A DNA stretch of 45,757 nt from an uncultured Eubacteriales bacterium (GTDB lineage: Bacteria; Acidobacteriota; Aminicenantia; Aminicenantales; Aminicenantaceae). The notes beneath the pieces were generated by a model. It was not told where the DNA came from and ran no database searches. It saw only the letters and a list, made by a program, of their open reading frames with translations. Position numbers and translations under genes: made by a program. Below, piece by piece: positions 41,893 through 45,757 of the stretch; the stretch's first letter is position 1, and each line of letters starts with the position of its first letter. Where the stretch lies: positions 1-45,757 of the forward strand of contig CAZJXZ010000001.1 in assembly GCA_964549955.1 (NCBI GenBank). Direction: 5' to 3'.

Positions 41893-43851
41893 CTAATTTT
41901 TCTTTATGTTCTTACCCGATGGAGAATGCGAAGAGGAACTTCGACTCGAAGAACGACTTATGGCAGAGCCTGGAGAAGAGCTCCTCGAGCTTGGGGCTGA
42001 ACTCCTAAAGCTGGAAGCCGGACTCCTCGAAGCAGGAGCTGAGCTTGTCCTCGGTGAAAAACTTCTTTCGCTTCGAGAAGAGATGGACCTTGAGGAAGAA
42101 GAACGGAATGAAGAGGATGGTGAAGTCATATTTGACCTGGATGGAGAAAGCCGAATCCTCTCCGAATATGGCCTTGCTTCTGATCTGGAGGAAAAGCTCC
42201 TGGAAAAGGCTTGGCCAGAGCGTTGCCTCTCGATTCTTATGGAAGAAGACCTTTCCCCTCTTGAGGAAGACGAAGGAGAGAATGATGAAGGAGGCGACGG
42301 CCGTGAGATCCTCGAGGGGTAGACCTTCGTTGCCGAGGCAGAGCCTTGGCTTTGCTCGGAACCGGTCTGGCCGCGTCGAACAGCTTCAGGTTTTGTCAAA
42401 GATGAGCGGGATAGACGACTTTCAAAATTTTGAGGGGATATCCTTGAGCTTGAAACCCTTGCAGCTTGATCTGTCCTACTTACAGCTCTGGATTCAGAGA
42501 TTGAACGCCGAATCTCGCCAGAAGACTTTTGGGAGGGAGATGATTTTAGCTGGGAGCGAGAAAGAACCGTCCCTGAGCCATAGCTCTTGATCGCCGAACG
42601 AAGATTTGACCTTGAAAGGACTTGGGCTGCTTTGATGTTTTCCGCACCGAGTCGTTTCAAACCTGGCTGATAATCGGCTTGCCTGGACGAGAGAGAGATT
42701 TTTCCAAGACGAGTGATTCTATCCTGGCTCAAGGCCATTTGGGAGATGGACTTGGACCGCAATTGGTCTTTACGAATAACAGTTAGAGCGCGGGAATTGG
42801 AAGGGTAATAGCGGCTATAGTAATGTCCATAAAAATTGTTGTTGATGATGACCACCGGATATCCATAATAGCTCAAAGGACACCAGCCGATATAATCGTA
42901 ACCCCAGTACCAATGAACCCAAGCAGGACTCCAGATTCGATGAGGAATCCAGTACCAACCCAGGCCCAGCCTCCAGTGCCATCTGCCGTAGTGGTGAACA
43001 GCCCATCCCCAAGGCTCGTAGGGAATCCAATACCAGCCAATAAAAGGATACCAGTCCCATCTTCCATAATAGTAAGGCCTCCAATCGCTGTAATAGATAT
43101 AGGGAACCCAGACATAGCCATAGGGCTGTTCGTAGACCCAGCGTCCGTTGTCAGCCAGCTCAACTTCGTATTCGTCGAGCTCAGAGGGAAGGTATCTGCG
43201 GCCGATGACTCTTTGCTGGAGTGAATCTCTCGACCTGTTCCATTGGGAAAAGCTATCATCCCCGCTGTCATAAAAAAGGACGGGCTCTGAAAGGAAATGG
43301 CCGTTGGCAGCGATGAGCTTCTCCTCGCTCTCTACCTCCAAGGAACTATCTTCACCAGCCGCCTCCGCTTTCCCCTCAAAGACAAAGAGTTCGGTCTCTC
43401 TGCCCTCTCTGACTTCGATTCTGTAAAGCCCTTCCTGGGTAATATAGAAAGAGGCATCAGCAGTATGAATCTCAAAGCTCTTTTCCCTTTCCAAAAAGCT
43501 TACCCTCAAGTAGACTTTCCCTGAAAGTAGATGGAGCTTGATCTGCCCTTCACCGTTTTGGGGAAGATTGACGAAATCAAGCTGAGTGCCGCTATCGATA
43601 CGGAGATAGTTTCTTTGGCCAAAATGAACCTCTGCCCGGCCTTCTCGAGTTCCCAGCTTGTCGCCTTCGACGACAAGCAAGTTCACAACTCCTTCTTCAT
43701 AGCTCGAATCAGCCGCTCTCTGGATATAAACATCGCCTCTGACATAGCTCAACCGAGCAAAAGCAGAGCCTGAATACTCTTCCTCCCCATAAGAAACGCC
43801 GGAGGAAACAAAAAAAGCAAGCAAACCGATGAAAAATAATGTCTTTTTCAT
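41893..43851 (-). CDS. Secreted three-part protein: FecR-like domain, Trp/Tyr-rich DUF6600-like domain, ~270-aa Ser/Arg-rich low-complexity tail
   Basis: Signal peptide. A FecR-like block follows (ARLSYVRGDVYIQRA...GDKLGTREGRAEVHFGQRNYLRIDSGTQL). Next is the aromatic core YGYVWVPY...WRPYYYGRWDWYPFIGWYWIPYEPWGWAVHHYGRWHW...WSPAWVHWYWG. The protein ends in a long S/R/P tail. Confidence 0.75.
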   Translation of the reverse strand: MKKTLFFIGLLAFFVSSGVSYGEEEYSGSAFARLSYVRGDVYIQRAADSSYEEGVVNLLVVEGDKLGTREGRAEVHFGQRNYLRIDSGTQLDFVNLPQNGEGQIKLHLLSGKVYLRVSFLEREKSFEIHTADASFYITQEGLYRIEVREGRETELFVFEGKAEAAGEDSSLEVESEEKLIAANGHFLSEPVLFYDSGDDSFSQWNRSRDSLQQRVIGRRYLPSELDEYEVELADNGRWVYEQPYGYVWVPYIYYSDWRPYYYGRWDWYPFIGWYWIPYEPWGWAVHHYGRWHWRLGLGWYWIPHRIWSPAWVHWYWGYDYIGWCPLSYYGYPVVIINNNFYGHYYSRYYPSNSRALTVIRKDQLRSKSISQMALSQDRITRLGKISLSSRQADYQPGLKRLGAENIKAAQVLSRSNLRSAIKSYGSGTVLSRSQLKSSPSQKSSGEIRRSISESRAVSRTDQAARVSSSRISPQNFESRLSRSSLTKPEAVRRGQTGSEQSQGSASATKVYPSRISRPSPPSSFSPSSSSRGERSSSIRIERQRSGQAFSRSFSSRSEARPYSERIRLSPSRSNMTSPSSSFRSSSSRSISSRSERSFSPRTSSAPASRSPASSFRSSAPSSRSSSPGSAISRSSSRSSSSHSPSGKNIKKN

Positions 43852-43858
43852 TTTATTT

Positions 43859-43877
43859 CCTCCTCCGCTTGGAGGAG
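43859..43877 (-). promoter_or_regulatory. SD-sequestering hairpin (CUCCUCC-AAGC-GGAGGAG) in front of the 652-aa gene
   Basis: Perfect 7-bp stem. The 3' arm is the Shine-Dalgarno sequence, 7 nt upstream of the ATG at 43851. Confidence 0.5.
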
Positions 43878-43878
43878 T

Positions 43879-43895
43879 TGCAAAAATCGTGCCAG
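43879..43895 (-). promoter_or_regulatory. Sigma-54 (-24/-12) promoter, full consensus match
   Basis: The minus strand reads cTGGCACGatttTTGCAa, against the consensus YTGGCACG-N4-TTGCW. The -12 GC lies about 30 nt upstream of the start codon, in the correct orientation. Confidence 0.7.
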
Positions 43896-43925
43896 AGTTT
43901 TTTCTTGAGAAAAGAAGAAGAAAGA

Positions 43926-43957
43926 GTCAATTCTGTCCTGGTTTAAGGACAATTGAC
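43926..43957. promoter_or_regulatory. Inverted repeat GTCAATT(C)TGTCC-N8-GGACAATTGAC, candidate enhancer-binding-protein UAS
   Basis: 11-bp arms with one extra base, centred about 55 bp upstream of the -24 element. Confidence 0.35.
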
Positions 43958-44030
43958 AACTTATGGAGTCAGTCGAAAAATGACCGAATCCCCCTGCCTT
44001 TATGGCTTTTTCTCTTCAACTCAAGCTTTA

Positions 44031-44057
44031 AATAAAAAATGCCTGTTCGAAACCAGG
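44031..44057 (-). terminator. Intrinsic terminator after the Spy/CpxP-like gene
   Basis: The minus strand reads CCTGGTT-TCG-AACAGG followed by CATTTTTTATTT, about 50 nt after the stop at 44105. Confidence 0.45.
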
Positions 44058-44104
44058 TCTATAATATCTAAGCTTCCTGCACTTCGGCTCTCGAAGCTTA
44101 TTCT

Positions 44105-44647
44105 TTACCAGCGCCAGCGCCTCATCATTGGCCAACCTCTCCGCTGACCGCCTCTTCCCCAAAAGAAGCCCATTCTGCCCATTGGATGAAATCTGAAAAA
44201 TCCTCTCCTTCCTAAGAACCTGTTTCCTGCAAACCTTCGGAATTTTTCCAATTTTTCCAACTGCTCAGGAGTGAAAATTTTTCTTATCTCTCTTCTCTGC
44301 TCGATAGCTCTCTTTTGATGATTGGCACGAAGACTGGATAGCTGATCGATGAGAGCATTGATCTCTTTCTGGTCAGAATTGGGGTCGCGGAGCAGGGTTT
44401 GGAGCTTCTGGCGGAGCGGCCTCATCTTTTCCTGAAACTGCTTCATCTCATCCTGATGGATCTTTCTGAATTCTTCCAATTTTGATTTCTGCTCAGCGGT
44501 TAAATCGAGAAAGTTCCTTTGAGCAGGATTCTCCTTCGATTCTTCCTTTATCGCTTTTTTCTCTGTCTGGCCAAGAAGACTGGCAGAAATAAAAGTTAAA
44601 CTCAAAAAGGCAAGAGCGATGGTTACAAAAAGCCCGTGTTTTCTCAT
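44105..44647 (-). CDS. Spy/CpxP-family periplasmic protein (LTxxQ repeats) with an Arg/Gly/Trp/Phe/Met-rich C-terminal tail
   Basis: GGAGG RBS and a signal peptide. The two LTxxQ-type motifs are LTAEQKSKLEEF and FTPEQLEKLEKF. The tail reads RRGFFRFHPMGRMGFFWGRGGQRRGWPMMRRWRW. Confidence 0.7.
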   Translation of the reverse strand: MRKHGLFVTIALAFLSLTFISASLLGQTEKKAIKEESKENPAQRNFLDLTAEQKSKLEEFRKIHQDEMKQFQEKMRPLRQKLQTLLRDPNSDQKEINALIDQLSSLRANHQKRAIEQRREIRKIFTPEQLEKLEKFRRFAGNRFLGRRGFFRFHPMGRMGFFWGRGGQRRGWPMMRRWRW

Positions 44648-44800
44648 CTTAAACCTCCTTTCTCAGCTTGAGAGTTAATTAGACAACAAAAAAATAAAAA
44701 CCTTGGAGGAGCCTGCGATTCAGAAATAAAAGCGCTCAGGCGAGTGCCTCGAAAACAATCAAGCATTGGGGGATGATAAGATGGAACAAAGACTGATAAT

Positions 44801-44828
44801 AAAAAGGGATCCCTCTCCCCGGGACTCC
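44801..44828 (-). terminator. Intrinsic terminator after the 65-aa gene
   Basis: The minus strand reads GGAGTCCC-GGGGAGA-GGGATCCC (8-bp stem with one mismatch) followed by TTTTTATTAT, 44 nt after the stop. Confidence 0.5.
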
Positions 44829-44871
44829 TTTCGAGAAAAAGACAAATAGAAGTTCTTAAGTTTTTTCGAAC

Positions 44872-45069
44872 CTAAACCTTCTTCAGGATAGGCATTCCTG
44901 TCTTCTGCGTCTCTTGGACTCTATAGCCAGCAGGAAGAGAATCAAGTGCTCCTGGCCTGACATCTCGGGCAAAAAAATAGATTCTCTGTGTACGACCCCC
45001 CTTCAGATTAACATCCCTGAAATGGAGATAGTACTTGACCCCTTTAGAGTTTGTGAATTCATAAGCCAT
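44872..45069 (-). CDS. Small conserved-looking hypothetical protein (65 aa)
   Basis: GGAGG RBS. The sequence is MAYEFTNSKGVKYYLHFRDVNLKGGRTQRIYFFARDVRPGALDSLPAGYRVQETQKTGMPILKKV. The pattern (KG.KYYLH ... YFF ... LP.GY.V.E...G.P.LKK) looks familiar from other bacteria, but I cannot name a family. Confidence 0.55.
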   Translation of the reverse strand: MAYEFTNSKGVKYYLHFRDVNLKGGRTQRIYFFARDVRPGALDSLPAGYRVQETQKTGMPILKKV

Positions 45070-45098
45070 TTATTTTACCTCCAGTTTGAATTTACTGA

Positions 45099-45757
45099 TT
45101 AGAAAACAAAACGCAAGCTGACACCAAGGAGATGGGCTGTTGCCGAATAGGTACCCTCTCCAAGGTTAATTCCGCCGACTTGATAGGCTGCAATTGTTCT
45201 GTTTGGACTTGTCCTGTCAGAGAAAATCTCGTAGTGGTAGGTGGCGTCAATAACAAATTTGCTGATTTTATAGCCAAAGCCTGCTGTAAATGCTACACGG
45301 TCTGCATCGGGAAGAATAGGATCCATGGTCATGACCGGCTGGGGAGTTTGGTCAAAAAGAAATCCTGCCCTCAGAGCAAGTTTTTCATTCAATTGATACT
45401 GTAGGCCTGTGCGGAAGAGAGTGGAAACATCCCAGTGTTCCTCAAACGTTTCAACCTCATCAGGATAAGGGTCAGGAAAATCGATAGTGATGTCGAATTT
45501 ATCATAGGTATTCCAGAAGACATAGTTGATGTCAGCCGAAAGAAGCAACTTTGGAGTCAGATTAAAGGCTACGCCTGCGCATAAGATATGAGGAAAATCA
45601 AAAGATGTCGCTACATTTCCTCCGGGTGGAACATACGGCTTGAAAGGCGCTGGAACATTTATGCTATCAAGGTCGATCTCTCCTTCAAAATCGATCTTGA
45701 ATCCACTGCGCCAATTTAAGCCAAGGGAAAATTTTTCTCCTTTGTAAAGAGCACCAA
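45099..45757 (-). CDS. FadL/OmpP1/TodX-family outer-membrane transport protein, 5' end beyond window
   Basis: I checked that the frame stays open upstream of the ORF-track TTG (45548) to the window end. The protein has beta-strand alternation, a C-terminal LGVSLRFVF (terminal Phe) and family-like FTAGFGYKI and GTYSATAHLLG segments. Confidence 0.65.
   Translation of the reverse strand, partial: GALYKGEKFSLGLNWRSGFKIDFEGEIDLDSINVPAPFKPYVPPGGNVATSFDFPHILCAGVAFNLTPKLLLSADINYVFWNTYDKFDITIDFPDPYPDEVETFEEHWDVSTLFRTGLQYQLNEKLALRAGFLFDQTPQPVMTMDPILPDADRVAFTAGFGYKISKFVIDATYHYEIFSDRTSPNRTIAAYQVGGINLGEGTYSATAHLLGVSLRFVF

Noticed and set aside
41906-42590. Glu/Leu-rich ORFs (41906-42322, 42045-42590) and further ORFs (42823-43224, 42873-43271) overlapping the 652-aa gene.
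   Set aside because: These are mirror-image or out-of-frame products of the Ser/Arg-rich codon bias (AGC/TCG/CGA read antisense as Leu/Glu codons) and of the Trp/Tyr-rich region. The minus-strand 652-aa frame has the signal peptide, domains, RBS and promoter.
1-45757. Looked for CRISPR arrays, tRNA/rRNA genes, integrases, transposases, reverse transcriptases, toxin-antitoxin pairs and known defence-system hallmarks.
   Set aside because: I found no direct-repeat/spacer arrays, no tRNA-like cloverleaf candidates in the intergenic regions I read, and no recognisable motifs of those protein families. The window looks like core chromosome rather than a mobile island. This was a by-eye scan, so tRNAscan or cmscan could still find something.

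Overview
Densely coding 45.8-kb chromosomal window with about 40 protein genes on both strands. By eye I found no rRNA, tRNA, CRISPR array, integrase or transposase.

Gene content in order:
- 5'-truncated S9 peptidase, a rubrerythrin-like ferritin-fold protein and a sulfatase-fold/TPR fusion.
- A CarboxypepD_reg-type TonB-dependent-like outer-membrane protein, divergent from a three-gene GWxTD/TPR cluster.
- A GNAT-like gene.
- A secreted PHP metallohydrolase followed by a tight lipid-type cassette: CDP-alcohol phosphatidyltransferase, SPASM-like radical SAM enzyme, DedA/YqaA-like membrane protein, SDR epimerase/reductase and DagK-like lipid kinase.
- GH172/DUF2961, a DUF429 RNase-H-like protein and a membrane protein with a degenerate HD-GYP-like domain.
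- SppA, an ABC-2 exporter pair, OsmC, a TrmJ-like methyltransferase and a small molybdopterin oxidoreductase.
- An anaerobic class III RNR operon, nrdD-redoxin-nrdG-dut, plus a 53-aa DUF6132-like ORF missing from the ORF track. Tandem NrdR-box-like sites lie upstream.
- YjbQ, HAD, MFS, amidase and PGI.
- An envelope cluster: FadL-like protein, small protein, Spy/CpxP-like protein, a FecR/Trp-Tyr-rich/Ser-Arg-rich secreted protein behind a consensus sigma-54 promoter, and a lipoprotein.

Most interesting observations:
1. The lipid-type cassette, which I cannot map to a described pathway.
2. The GWxTD/TPR/OMP neighbourhood, whose function is unknown.
3. The sigma-54 promoter, UAS-like palindrome and SD-sequestering hairpin in front of the Ser/Arg-rich secreted protein.
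4. A roughly 75-85-bp bipartite palindromic repeat present twice in opposite orientation. It also creates spurious ORF extensions.

The gene content suggests an uncultured Gram-negative anaerobe of Acidobacteriota/Aminicenantes-like type. This rests on the class III RNR, CarboxypepD_reg OMPs, GWxTD proteins, TPR fusions and sigma-54, and is inference only.

All functional calls come from motif recognition by eye. No database search was run.
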